NCBI RefSeq assembly: GCF_000281045.1
Contig: NW_008246077.1
Coordinates: 216,675-272,768 of the forward strand
Origin: Saprolegnia diclina VS20
Lineage: Eukaryota
Direction of reading: 5' to 3'
Length of the DNA: 56,094 nt
In this document: piece by piece, positions 22,195-34,986 of the stretch
Position numbering within the stretch: the stretch's first letter is position 1
Layout: each line of letters begins with the position of its first letter
The notes under the pieces: generated by a model
Database searches by the model: none
Told to the model about the DNA's origin: nothing
The model's input: only the letters and a program-made list of their open reading frames with translations
Made by a program: the position numbers and the translations under genes

Positions 22195-25100
22195 ATGGGG
22201 GACCAGCACGCGCCGTTCACGCCGTCCGTGACGCCGCGTCCTATCAAGCCATCGCAGGCTCCATCGCCTCGGAAGGCGCGGATGCTGGCCACGAAGGCCC
22301 CGATCGTATCGCCGATCAAGGTCTCGGCGTCGCTCTCCCTCAACAACGGAGACCCATACCCGGAAGAGCCTCCACCGCGCGTGAGCAAGCTCAAGATGGC
22401 GGGGGAGATGCACGCGGTGCGCAACCTCGCGAGCCACATCCATTTTGGTAACACGGCGCGGTCCGGCGTTGGCGAGATCGTCAAAGTGTTTGAGAGCCAT
22501 GGCATCCACCTCACGACAGATGAAGCCAAGACACTACTATGCGAGTACGAGGAGAACAACGACGAGCACCTCGACTACCGAAATTTTGTCGAGTCTTTTG
22601 CGACCATGCTTCGCAGCAAGGAGGCAGGCAAGCGCATTGATATCAAGAAGCAGCGCCTCCAAGAGCACATGAAGCGCATTCACACGTTCCAGAGCGCTGT
22701 TGTCGATGACTTGCACGAACTACTCAAGGAGCGGCTGCAGTCGTCTTGGATTAGTCTCAAGGATTCGTTCAAGGCCTTGGACCACGACAAGGTATGCTAC
22801 ACTAGTATGAATCGGTTTCCTACTTTTGTGGATACATGTAGAGTGGTCTTTTGGCAGCAACGGACTTTCTTAAGGTCCTCAAGCAGTACGATCTGCCCGT
22901 GTCGCACGATATCCTGGTGAACCTCATGCTACGCTTCGACACGAACGGCGACGGCTTTGTGAATTACACCGAGTTTCTGAGCCAGTTTGGCGCCAAGTTT
23001 TCGAACGCCAACCCGCACGGCGTTGGGAGCTCGATTCTACAGCACACGGCTCACGACTTTTCGGTTGCCGCCGTCGAAGAGAAAGTTCAGCGAGCGTTTC
23101 TTCAAGGTCAAGTCCGAAAGCTCGTCGACGATAAAATTGGACCGTCTTGGTCGTACGCCCTACAAAACGATCACCAATCACTCGACTTTGATATTGGGAT
23201 TGTAGGAAACTACGCGAAGCGCTCGTGCAGCACGATCACAGCAAAGGCGGCTTCGTGTCGCGTGACGACCTACAGCGGCTGCTCGCGCGCTTCCACATCG
23301 AGCTGCACGAGGCCCAATTCCAGCAACTCGTGCTCTGCTACGACACTTCGCGTGACGGCAGCGTCAACACGGCCGAGTTCTTTCGGCACTTTGGCGAAGA
23401 CCTCCGCGCGTACCCCCATTTGACACTTCCGATGAGCGACGCAGAGTCAAAACCTAAAAAGTTTGTGCTCACGGAGCGCACGTCGCTCCTCATGTGTGAC
23501 AAGTCGAGTCACAGCGACCGACCCAACATCAAGGACCACTTTTCCAAGCTCTCGGACGCTCAGTGGCACGCCTTGTACCTGGATTTTGTGGCTGCTGACA
23601 CGCACAAGACGGGCTGGATTCCCCGCGCGCAATTCCTCTCGATCCTTTGCGACTATCTTGGGCATGACTTGCCCCACGACAACGTGAACGCCATTTTTCG
23701 CGCGTGCGGCTCGTACGTCAACGACCTCATGAACTACCGCGACCTCGTGAAAGCTTACCGCCCCCAAGTCATGGGCATCTATGCACCGCACCCGAACAAG
23801 AACACGATGAACGCCCCCAAGCAGAATCCGACCGAGTACTACAACATGGAGAGCAGCATCCACAATGTGTGCGCCGCTCTGTCGCCGGACACGTGGCAGT
23901 CTCTCAAGAGCGAACTTATTGCTGCCGACGTTCGACGCATCGGGCGCATTTCGGCTGATACGTTTAGCAGCATCACAAAGACGCACATTCCGCACCTCCG
24001 TGATGACCAAATGGCCTTCCTCGTCCTCTTTTACGAAGACAAGGCCAATACGCACCACACGTGCTCCATCCGGTACTCGTCGTTCTTGACCGACTACGAC
24101 CACGAGGTGACACCACCGTCACGCGAAGTTATTGATCCGATCGACGAGATGGACGAGTGGGAGATGCACGAACCCACAGGCCGGCGGCGTCAGCCGGCGC
24201 CGTCACCTTTGGACGCGACTCGAAACGTCCTCAAGCAAAACTTGCACGCGCTTGAAGCTGCGCTTTTGCTCGCTGACGCTGACCTCAAGGGCATTGTGAG
24301 CCTCGAGACGTGGCTCTCCCTTCTCAAGGACCACGGCGTCAAGGTCGAGCGCAAGACGCCCATCTTTGACTCGCTTTTTGGTCGTTTCATCAACCCAACC
24401 CTTGGCGTTCTAAAGTATCGGGAGCTGCTCCTCGACTTGGACGCGGGTGTACAGGCCAAGCAACTGGTGGACACGTCCACAATGACCCTCCTCGGCGATG
24501 AAAAGAGCCACTCGAGCGAGATCCGGTCAATCGACGACGCGCGTGTCGTGTTGCGTCACCACTTGACATCGTCGCCGGCGCTCCAGCGGCGCGTCTACAA
24601 GCTCTTTACTCAAGTGGACACGGCACGCTCTGGCTTGCTTCCGTATGTTGACGTCCGGCGCGTTCTGGAGAAGATTGGCATTCCGTTTGCGGACGCCGAG
24701 CTCTTTGGCGCGTTCGCAAAGTACTTTGACGTCGATGGCTCTGGTTTTGTTCCATACCTCCAGATGCTCCACGCGTGCGGCGGCAAGGATCCAGACAAGA
24801 TGTCAGGCATGAGCGACCTTGCAAGCAACTGTTCCTACTACAGCGCGATCTCGAACGCACCACGGGCGGTGGCGAAGCGGTCAAGCCAGCACAAGTCGGT
24901 GTCGGTGGACGCCGCAGCGCACGCGGTCGTGAACCGGCACGTCGAAGAGGGTCAGTTGGCCGTCGGCGGCGCCGTCGCTGTCGAGGAAAAAATCAAGGCG
25001 CTGCTCACAAAGCGCTGGAAGACGCTGCACAAGGCATTTCAGTCGATAGACTCTGAAAAGTCGGGGCTTGTGTCACAAGCCGCGTTCCGCAAAGGTGCAA

Positions 25101-25683
25101 GCCAGATATGACATGTGCCATATTTGTGAACTGGTGCATTCTAGTCATGGAGAACATCGGTGTCGCGCTCACGTTTGAAGAGAGCCTTCGGATTTGCAAG
25201 AAGTACGACACAGACAACTCGGGCCGACTCAACTACAATGTGTTTTTAAAACAACACGTCCACGGCAAGAACCCTTTCTCCGAGTACACGCCACTCAAGC
25301 CCTATTCCTCCGACTATGCCAACCTCCCCGCGCTGTCGCCATCCAAGTCGCCGGTGCGATAGGAAGCAAGTTGTTGCATCTCATTAGCATCGCATGTGTA
25401 GGTGCCAGAAGATATCCGGAGCGTGCTCAAACTCAAGTGGAAGAGCGTGTACGCGTCGCTCCGCAAGCTTGACACGGAAGGCTCGGGTCACATTTCACCA
25501 CAGCACTTTCGTCACTTGCTCGAATGGTTTGGCATTGCTGTCTCCGATGACATCTACTACACGGTGCACACTGCATCATTTGTGATGGACTTACCATGTC
25601 CACTCTAGTTGCTCAAGCGATTCGACTCGGTTCAGGATGGTCACGTCAACTACAATCAGTTTATGCGCGCGTGTCTGCAATAA
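22195..25683 (+). CDS. Large multi-EF-hand protein (EFCAB6-like), multi-exon
   Basis: Repeated EF-hand pairs: FDTNGDGFVNYTEF, YDTSRDGSVNTAEF, FDVDGSGFVPY, YDTDNSGRLNYNVF, LDTEGSGHIS, FDSVQDGHVNYNQF. Short GT-AG introns. Confidence 0.88.
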
Positions 25684-25802
25684 GCCTGCGATGGGCAGGT
25701 CCAGATTCGTGTAGTCGATTTTGCCGTGTTGCCTGGGGAACGATAAAACAAAGAATATAGTAATGCTGCACAGTTTACTGCCTTGCAAAGTACACAATTG
25801 AA

Positions 25803-27546
25803 CTATTCCGTCTCGTCATAGTGTTGGGCCATAAGAGCATCAAACACTGGTGCAGCGTGCTTGGACCAGTTCTCCGGCCAGTGCTAAACATCCCCGTTGC
25901 TATCGATTGATGGTAGTAAAGTCCGTACCTCGAAGTCCGACAAGTTGGCACGGTATCGCGTCAGGGTCTCGTTCTAATGGACTTCTATATGGGCAGATAC
26001 GATGAAGAAGTGTGTACCTTGGGGTACGCGGTCAGAAGCTCAATCAGTTGGTCACACAACTCTTCGCTTCTCTGGAAGACGAGACCATTTCTAGCGCGGC
26101 ATGAAATCGTTGACACATCGATGATATAGTGGCATACTTGTCGTGCTTGATGAGCTCGTTCAAGCAATTGAAGCCCACAGCGCAGACAGGCACGCGGCAA
26201 CCAAACATGTCGAGAACCTTCATCGGCAGGTCCAAGCCCGACGTTGACGTGTGGAGGCAGATGCCGAGGTCGGCGGCGCCCAAGAGCAGTGGGTAGTCAC
26301 TGGCTTCGAGCCATCTATGCACCGTCGTTTAGCGCCGCTAAAGTCGCACACACAGTCGTACAGCGTCACAATGCGGACCCGCTGAAACTTGAGTGCCGCA
26401 ATTCGCTCCAAGTACATCGCCTTCTGCGGCCCTTTGCCTGTGACAGCGACAACGAGACTAGGAATGTCACAGCGGTCCTTGGCCACTTCTTCGAACAGCA
26501 CGAGAGCGTCAAAGAGCAGACCAAAGTCTTCGTCTTCAGTCCAGCTTGTCGAGCTAAATTATCGCATGAGTCACGCATGATGGCAGCGTCGCGAGCATAC
26601 CTAATAACGAGTGCCGGACGGTCGTTGCGAAGTTTGAACGACGAAGATCTAATGCGCAATGAGAAGAGGAATTTGAACAATCAAGTGCACACCCTAGAAG
26701 CTCGGTGCGCCACGTGGCGTTGGGTTTGGCTGGCACCAAATCGGCCACGGCAGCAAAGGCGTCGTCAAGGCGCACCAAGAGGTCGTGTTGGACGTCTAGT
26801 GGCGTCGGCTGAAAGAATGCAGGCGGCTTGTCGTATAAAACAACAGGGGAAATGTCCCAGTTGTCTTGCAGCCACAATTGCATCGCTTCAGTCACACAAA
26901 AGTGGCCATCGGCGCGGCGACCGAAGAACCGCTCAAACCACCGGGCGATCTACGGTCATACTGTCTAGCTTCGCGCAAGTACCACGTCGTATATACCTTG
27001 ACAAACACGTGTCCTTGACCAATCGAGAGCGCGAGCACCGTGTAGCCCATGTTGTGCCAATCGATGACAAGTTTGGCGCGCTTGAGCTTGCACGAAAGCC
27101 AGCCGATGTACAGCGTTGGGATGCTACGCACAAATCATTGTCCAAGTTCGAAGGTTGGAGTCTCTACGTGGGCGGATTTTGTACAAGAAGCACGTCAAAC
27201 GACCCGACGCAAAACAGCAAAAGCCAAAACAGTTGAAACAGCTAGATGACACAATATCAGAGGCGAAACTGACAGTGCATAGGGATCTATATCGCACCTG
27301 GAGAAGCACCTTGAGTGGTCCCGAGAGCACGAAGAGCTTTCGCGATACGGCGATGGGCGCAAAGGTTCGCAACGCAATGTTGGGCTTGGCCAGCAGCTGC
27401 GGAACACAGCGCTCGCCCTCGTAGCCCACAACGGTGACACGCGTGTCTGGCATCTCGGCGAGCGAGATAGCGTGGTACTGCATGCGTGGGCTGCGGCCAA
27501 TATCCCCGAGGACGAGGACAACGACATGCTTCGACGCCTCCTCCAT
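25803..27546 (-). CDS. ALG1: Chitobiosyldiphosphodolichol beta-1,4-mannosyltransferase, many exons
   Basis: [75 protein letters not shown]. Confidence 0.96.
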
Positions 27547-28683
27547 CGTTGCCAAGAGCAAAATTGTCGTTTTCAGGGTCCGGATACGACATCATTACTT
27601 CGTCCGCATCCGGATAGAAACGCAGGTCGTCGGTTGCACGGAATTTGCTCCCCAAGTTGCGGAGCAAAATCCATGTCCAACGCGAGTAAAACTAGTGTCC
27701 TACGGCGGCGCATTCGACCAAGTTGTTGCGTCAATCGCGACACTTCCAATACGCAAGTCCAACACGCGTGACGCCAGTGCCCTACGCTGGTGGCACGGTG
27801 GGTGACAACAGGACAGTTTCAAGGGACGAACTGCTTCAGGAACCGTTGTGTGTGCCCTACTAGTAGTACATTATACGTTGTACCGCCCACACGATTGCCA
27901 CGCCATCTCCAGCAGCTTCATAACTTGTACGGTTCATTAGCAGTCACGGGCGAAGGAGAAGGAGAAGGTCTATGCTCATGATAGTCTATTGATTTATAAT
28001 AATAAAAGACTCATAACATGAAAACACCAATCAGTTTCAATGGACGAAACCGATCGGTGGCCAGGTTTCGGCAAGGAAATTTGTTCTTGCTTTGGGATTG
28101 GCGTGGTGACTCAAGCTTGGCGAAGTCAAGAGTGGCGATTGGTGGCGTAGAATGCACCTTAAACATCGATAGAACACTTAGAAGAATCGCGCGAAGTGGT
28201 GCGTCGAAGGGTCGTGGGTTCCCCAATGCAGGTCGAAGGTGTTGGAGTGAGAATGAGGATGAGTGCACCTATGGTGCTCTCTTGAGGAGGAGGCGGCGAG
28301 GCACGAGGCTGCCGCCTCGGAGGTCCACGGAGACCAAACGGTGGAGAACGAAATGGACCGTTCCGGACATCAAGTTCACACAATTCAGTCAATCCAGAAG
28401 TTGGTCGTATTAGTCGGGAGACACTGCCGTGCCTCTCTACGGAGTCGACTAAACGACTAGTAGACTGACTAGACTACTAAACGACTAAACTGAGGGAAAA
28501 ACCTTCAGCAGACTGTGGAGATGAAAAACCTCGGAGCGACAACACACCAAGACCGGGTGTTGCGCTATCTGCGAGCGTGGAGCACAGATCGGGAGATCAC
28601 ATACTCCAACAGAAGGGTTGAAAACCCAGAACAATTATCAAACACAAAGAATAAAATAAGTGGTTACACAATAGTGAGTGACA

Positions 28684-29325
28684 CTAGAGCGTCAAGCCGG
28701 GCACGTCGAAATCGACCAAAGCGCGCTCAACTTCAGCCACCGAGAAGTCCGTGGGGCACACTGGGAGCGGCGCAAAGCATGAAATGGCAAACTCATCATC
28801 AGCCAAAATATCGCTGTCCGCGTCATCTTCCGTGTCATTGAAGTACGCATCGTCGTTGTCATTGTCGGGCGGTGATGCCATAACGTATTGTACGAGGAGG
28901 TTGAGCTTGGAAGTCGCAGACGTGATTTGTTGTTGGAGTTCGTCAATCGAGCTGTAGATTTGCGAGAGGTCGCTGGTGTCGTTGGCGATAGGTACTGCAG
29001 GTGTCTCGCCTTGGGTCGGCACAGTAATGAGTCGCAAAAGACTTCGGTTGTCACGCTGAAAGTGCGAGTGCTGGAACGTCAAGAGCACGCGCTGCGATGG
29101 ACTCTGACTCGCAAAGCTACGCCGGCGAAAGCCGTGGAGCCGCAGGCGCCGCTCGAAGCTCGTAAACTTGGTGTACTTGAAGTATGCGTGCAGAATTTGA
29201 GTCGTAAAGAGATCGCGGTCAAGGATCACGAAGGCCATGCCGTCATCCGTCCAATGGAAGATGCTCACGGGCGCTTTTTCGAGAGCATGGTACAGTCGCT
29301 GCACAAAGTGAGAAGGCTTGGACAT
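28684..29325 (-). CDS. HSF-type DNA-binding domain protein
   Basis: FVQRLYHAL...IFHWTDDGMAFVI...ILHAYFKYTKFTSFERRLRLHGFRR...FQHSHFQRD...LLRLI, then a short coiled coil and acidic tail. Intronless. Confidence 0.9.
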   Translation of the reverse strand: MSKPSHFVQRLYHALEKAPVSIFHWTDDGMAFVILDRDLFTTQILHAYFKYTKFTSFERRLRLHGFRRRSFASQSPSQRVLLTFQHSHFQRDNRSLLRLITVPTQGETPAVPIANDTSDLSQIYSSIDELQQQITSATSKLNLLVQYVMASPPDNDNDDAYFNDTEDDADSDILADDEFAISCFAPLPVCPTDFSVAEVERALVDFDVPGLTL

Positions 29326-30654
29326 GATGATGGCAAAGCGAAGAAAAAGCAAGAGTGAGGCACTGAGAGGTCGAAACCTCGTTGGATCGTTTTAGAAATT
29401 TCAAGGTTGCTAATCGATCCAAGTTTTTTGGACCGTAGCATGCACATAGGGTGGTGTTAGCGCAAGTGTGGCATGTGGGATTCCGAGCTGAGATGGGCCG
29501 CCATGTCCACGCGCAGACACACCGAATCCGGCGGACACGTCACGAAAACATCCTTGACGAGCTACATATCGATTGATGACACGGGCGCTCGGAAGACGAC
29601 CAATTAACCCATCGTACATGTGTCCTAGAGACACAACCGGAAGCTACAGAAGCAAAATGCACACGACAGTGCAATCGTTGAACGACGACTCTAAAGAGCC
29701 AGCCAAAGATACTTTTAGGTCCACGATAACCATTCCACTTGAAAATTTGGAAAGCGGGCGGGACAACTTGTCGTCTACTCACCAATCGCTCTGCTGTTCG
29801 CTCATCAACATAAAGAGTCCCAAGAAGCTGATACGTGAGTTTAAGAAGAGAAATACGTGGGAATTCAATACGCCCAAAAGTGGGAGGCTCTGTAGGTCAA
29901 GTTTCTATGAGCAGTGTCTTATGCGGCCCAATGTGAAGCCGGGCTCACTGCCTGATTCTGGCACATCTTGCATGCATGACACGCATTTTGTGCGTCGTTT
30001 GGCAACCCACGCCGACCAGGCGAGCCTAAAATTTTGCAACGAACCACGAGAAAGTTGCATTTCCAACACCGTCTCTTGAGCAGCACGTGTCATAAGAGGG
30101 GTGATCGACGGTCTTCACGCCTTCCATGTGTAGCGACATCGTGTGAGGTCGTTGTTTGCTGCCTGGACATAAGTCTTGAGGCTTGTCTGCTGTAGCATGG
30201 CATCGAACCCACCGAAGGTGAGCACCCCGAAGAATTCGCGCGCGACTAAAAGCAAGGGTATATAAGATATACCCTTGTTAAAAGCTATCGCGTTGAAGCG
30301 ACTGGTGCAGCACTTGCGAGCGGTCGTCACAGTCGCCTACGTTCTGCGCAGCGTTGAAGTCCAAAAGATCCAGCGCCGATGATCGCTGAGTGCAACAGTG
30401 CGCCGGATACGACACTTCCGGAATCAACCGGACAATAGCCAGATGTCCGGTTAGGGAAAATAATCCAGCCAATCGCAGATTTGATCGTTTGGAATTTATT
30501 ACGCAGAACTTTATTATATGACTGTATATACATATTGTTAGATCGCAGGATAAGCATTTCTAAAAAAGAGAGGTCGGCAAGCGTTTTCGAAGGTTTCCAA
30601 AATAATACTACTCTTGAGAAGGAACGAACCTGAAGACGCCGAGGTCTGGCAGCC

Positions 30655-31687
30655 ATGGCAGCGCAAGGGACGAAGTGGGTCGCGACTTTGGTGCTCGTGA
30701 TCCTGGGCTACCTTGTGTACAAGTACGTCCTCAAGGCGCCATCGATAACGGCGGTTCCAGCGGCGAAGAAGAAGGTCAAGAAGAAGAGGTTTGCCACTCC
30801 ACGCCGAGTAGGCGCTCACGTTTTCCTACTAGTGGCAAGAAGAAAAAGACGACAACAAGCGACAGGTGCTATCTGCGGCATATTCTAGACGACAGCTGAG
30901 CGTCGTATTGTAGCGGCCCTGCGGCGACTCCCTCAGAGAAGGAGGATTCGACACCCGAAGCGCCGTCTGCTGCACCACCAGCCACCACACAGCCCAGCGA
31001 CGACGAGGAAATCTTGGATTCGTCATCCGACGACGAAGACGGTCTCTCGGCAGCGCAGATTCTGGCCCAGAAGCACTTTGGCGCGGCCGCGATGTGCGGC
31101 GCGCAGCGCATGGCGCCTGCGCCCAAGCCAACGTTCCAGTTTGAAGAAGGTCAACGTGTCCTAGCCCAGTTCCAGAACCAACGCGAGTGGTTCAACGGTA
31201 CAATTACCAAGGTGACATGCTAATTCTTGACGAGACCATCTAATCTAAAGCTAGGTGCAACGCGGCAACCTGTACACGGTGCAGTACGACGACGGTGAGA
31301 TTGAGACCAAGGTGCCGCTGGAGCGAATCCGCCTCACAAATGGTGAATCGCCATGGAGCGAAAACGATGGAGTCTCTTCGTCCGAGTCGGGTGACGCAAA
31401 GGGCGAAGACGAGTGGGAAGTTGTGAAAGCACCAGCGAAGGTCAAGGGCCAACGCCTGCCACCACCCACTTCAGCTGAAGAAGCTGCCACGGGCATGACT
31501 AAAAAGCAGCGCGAGAGTCGTCGCCGAAAGGAGCGTTTGCGTGAGCAGAAGGAGCTGCTGCGAAGCGAGGCGCAGGTATGACTCTGACGGGACGTGTTCT
31601 CTCAACAACGACTGATTGACGTAGGAGGGTGGCTTGCATGCGCGCTGGGGTGGCACCAAGAACAAGTGGACGGCACCTACCAAATAA
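30655..31687 (+). CDS. N-terminally membrane-anchored Tudor-domain protein, multi-exon
   Basis: Hydrophobic WVATLVLVILGYLVYKYVL, Lys-rich stretch, Tudor FEEGQRVLAQF...WFNGTITKV..GNLYTVQYDDGEIE, basic C-terminal helix. Confidence 0.8.
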
Positions 31688-33048
31688 TCGTTATCGTTCC
31701 GGTGCTCAAATATCACGATAATTATCATGGAACAAACTCCGATGGCCTGCAGCTTCTCAGACTTACGGTTGTTGTTGAGTTTGCCGTCAATGATGGAGGC
31801 AAATGTGCTCTTACGCTCTCAACCAACGGGGCACCCGCTTGGGCGTCGGTTTAGTCCAGTTTTTCCAACCTCGAAGTATCCTACGGCATGGGCATAAGTA
31901 CACCATCACAAAGTGATGAATTCACTTCCCAGCAATTGTGAGGCTGGTCAAGGGGTGGTGTCAAATTTCGTCGAGTGACTGGACACGCGAGGGGTAGGCG
32001 AAGCCACTAGATCTAAACAGCGCAAAAAATACGTGGGGCAATTGCGTGTACTGGCGTATAGTACGTACAACTATGTACGGTAGTTGTACTGGTAGTCGCC
32101 AGACATTTTTCGCAAATGGACATGTCAATCATTCACCCGTGCCTCGTGTCAAGCAACCCTTCTATACTGCAACCGTATTTTCGCACAACCTTGCGTGACT
32201 TTACAGCTGACTTTACGCAGCGCCATCAACCGAATGGTGTAGATCCCATTGCATTGTCCAGCATCTTTTGCAGGAATGCCGTATGTAAAATGCTGCAGCG
32301 ACTGCTCCGAGACACTTCAGCACCAATAGCAGCTATTATATGGCACTGGTCGCGAGTAAACCCGCCCTCAAATCCATAGAGTCCAAACCATACTCTGGCA
32401 ACGAAAGCGATGTACTCGCACCATCTTTGCATATCGGCGCGGGGCGCAGTTGGATTGGAAGAAGGGAGATCGAACGCTGTCGACCGCCTGCTCGTTTGGA
32501 AACGCGCAAGCTATCAAGTTTGGGTCAATACACAACCGACAACGACGCACGATGGAAACCAAAGAGTTGTAGTATCTTGTAAAGGCACTGGCAACGTTGT
32601 TGGTGCGAATCTTTGTCGCACCGATCGCGCGTTGGCACACATGTCAAGTGACAAGGCATCGTCGCGGCAAACGCAAACAGTCTCAGCGAGTCGCTTTGGC
32701 TTCGATATTAACGGTTGTACGCTCCATGCTGCTCAACCAATCTCAGCGGCACTTCTAGCTGCGCTATCGCTTTTCGCCGTCGCATGTGTCCACGGGGAAG
32801 CCAAGAGCAATTTCATGGATAAACACACCCAACTGACGCGGGTTGGGTTTTCCACTTGACGTATGCTGGTCGTTCAATAAAGCACCTCGGCAATACGTAA
32901 CCTTTGCATCGTTTAGGAGGGTTGTGGCTTGGATTTGTGACGTCAATCGCACGACCTGGCCGCGGATGTGGCTCTAAGGTGTGTGAAAAACTCGGGCGCT
33001 GTCGACCGCACGTGAAAAATCACCTGGCGATCTTGCCGATCCGGTTCC

Positions 33049-34287
33049 ATGTATCCGGAAGATGCGTGGCCAAGTAACGCGACCGCGCAGGTGTCACAGT
33101 CTGCGAATCGCGATATGCCTCGCGCATCAAGCAGCGCGACGACGCTGCCGTCGCCCATGGATATGTCGGCCGAAAGCGCCCGTATCAGCGCGCTCGTCTC
33201 GACAGGCATCCTCGACACCGTGCCCGAGCCAACCTTTGATGCTATTTGCGAAGCCGCCGCCCGTGCGTATCACTGCCCGATGGCCGCTGTCACATTCATC
33301 GACAACACGAGGCAGTGGTTCAAAGCGGCGAGAGGACTCTCGCGTGAGTACTTTTTGAGCTCTGAGAGTCTCTGCAGCACGGTCGTGGTGTCGGCCACAC
33401 CACTGACCGTCTTGAACGCGACCAAGGATCCTCGTTTTCGAGCCCACCCACTCGTTGTTGCCACGCCACGCGTGCGCTTCTTTGCAAGCGCGCCCATTCT
33501 CTTACCTGGCACGTCGGTCGTACTCGGCACGGTCATCGTCCTCGACACGAAGGCACACTCGAAGGCACTGTCCACAGAGCGCCTCATTGCGCTCGCCGCC
33601 GCCGCTGGTCGCCTCGTCGTCACTGAGCCGTGTGGCGGGCGCAAAAAGCTGCATCAGAACGCGTTTTACTTTCCAACAAAAGACGGGTTTGCGGCCGCGA
33701 GGTCAGTCGGGCCACCAACGGACCCGTCCGACTCAATTAACTGGTGCGCATCGAGCCGGCTACGATACGTACGGCGGCGCGACTTTCAGCGCATTGACTT
33801 GAAGCCTCGTGGCCCCATCGCGTTTGACGCGCCCATTTGCTCGGCAAGCTTGATTGACGAGGACTGCCAGCGCTTTATTGTCCACGGGAAGCGCGTTCGC
33901 GTGCACCGAAGAGACGCCCTGGACGCGCACGTTGTCCGCACCAAGGTTGCCGTCTGGGTCAACGACACAACATTGGACCCTCGGTTTCGCGACCACCCGT
34001 GGGTTCAAGGCGCGACGTCAAGTCCGTTCCGACGGCCGATCAGGTTCTACGCGTGTCTCCCCATCTACTTCAAGAACGAGCTCCTCGGGACATACTTTGC
34101 GATGGACTTTGTACCGCGCTACAACGCGTCGTTCGAAGACTGGAAGGCACTCAACAACGATGCCTACCCCCACGCAAGCGCGATTGAAGTCGAGATGGCC
34201 CTCACGACACCACTTGTCTGCATACCCTGTGCATGGGTCACCGACCTCGTGCACTGGTGGAAGTGGCGCCATGCTTCCGACGCATAA
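33049..34287 (+). CDS. Tandem GAF-domain protein
   Basis: GAF1: ESARISAL..GILDT.PEPTFD...FIDNTRQWFKA...DPRFRAHPLV..PRVRFFASAPI...LGTV. GAF2: DTTLDPRFRDHPWV...IRFYACLPI...LGT. Confidence 0.88.
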   Translation: MYPEDAWPSNATAQVSQSANRDMPRASSSATTLPSPMDMSAESARISALVSTGILDTVPEPTFDAICEAAARAYHCPMAAVTFIDNTRQWFKAARGLSREYFLSSESLCSTVVVSATPLTVLNATKDPRFRAHPLVVATPRVRFFASAPILLPGTSVVLGTVIVLDTKAHSKALSTERLIALAAAAGRLVVTEPCGGRKKLHQNAFYFPTKDGFAAARSVGPPTDPSDSINWCASSRLRYVRRRDFQRIDLKPRGPIAFDAPICSASLIDEDCQRFIVHGKRVRVHRRDALDAHVVRTKVAVWVNDTTLDPRFRDHPWVQGATSSPFRRPIRFYACLPIYFKNELLGTYFAMDFVPRYNASFEDWKALNNDAYPHASAIEVEMALTTPLVCIPCAWVTDLVHWWKWRHASDA

Positions 34288-34986
34288 CATTTCAAAACAT
34301 ATTCAGTCGACACTAAAATAGAAAATGAACAATGGTTGGTGGTGTTGATGCTGCGTTGGTGGCCGCATAGTGTACATACCGGTACTTGTATGGCAAAGAC
34401 CAAGGTCAACGACACAGTAAACCCTAACCGCTGAGTAATCCGCCCCAAAGCGCAACCGGTACAAACATGTATGTGGGGGGCCAGCCGTCGCGGGAGGGCA
34501 AAAGTCGTAGAGTAATACCGACGCAAATCTTTGACGTAACCACTTCGTCACGATTTATTTTAGTTATGCGCTGTCAGGTGTCCGCAGGTTTGCTTGCACT
34601 TGTCTCCTTTTGTCATTTCTCAAGAACTCGTTCGTCGCAGAAGAGCTGGATATGCTGTCTGAGTACAACGGGACCAACGCAGAAAGGATTAGGATCGACG
34701 CATCGATGACGACGGTGGAACTGGTGCCACTACGAAACCGTTACTGCTCCCGGAAGAATGACGCGATAGCGACAACTCGATTCCGTTCGGTGGTGTCGGA
34801 AGCGAGTGCCAAAATGTAGCTCGCTCGTCGAGTCACTTCACCCTCGAAGACGGCATTTCCAACATGTAAGCGTCCGATTCTTTCACTTGATGTGGGGGCG
34901 GAGTCAAGTCTGCGTCGAGATATCGCCGTATTTCAGAATTTAATCGTGCATGGTTCGACTTTCTGAGAGCTAAAGCACTAGAATTG

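Noticed and set aside
29400..30600. Short ORFs in the lower-GC interval (similar intervals at 8850-9520, 31900-32950, 50000-50800, 51700-53000, 53800-55300)
   Set aside because: No recognisable motifs, codon bias or consistent splice pattern; treated as intergenic or decayed sequence.
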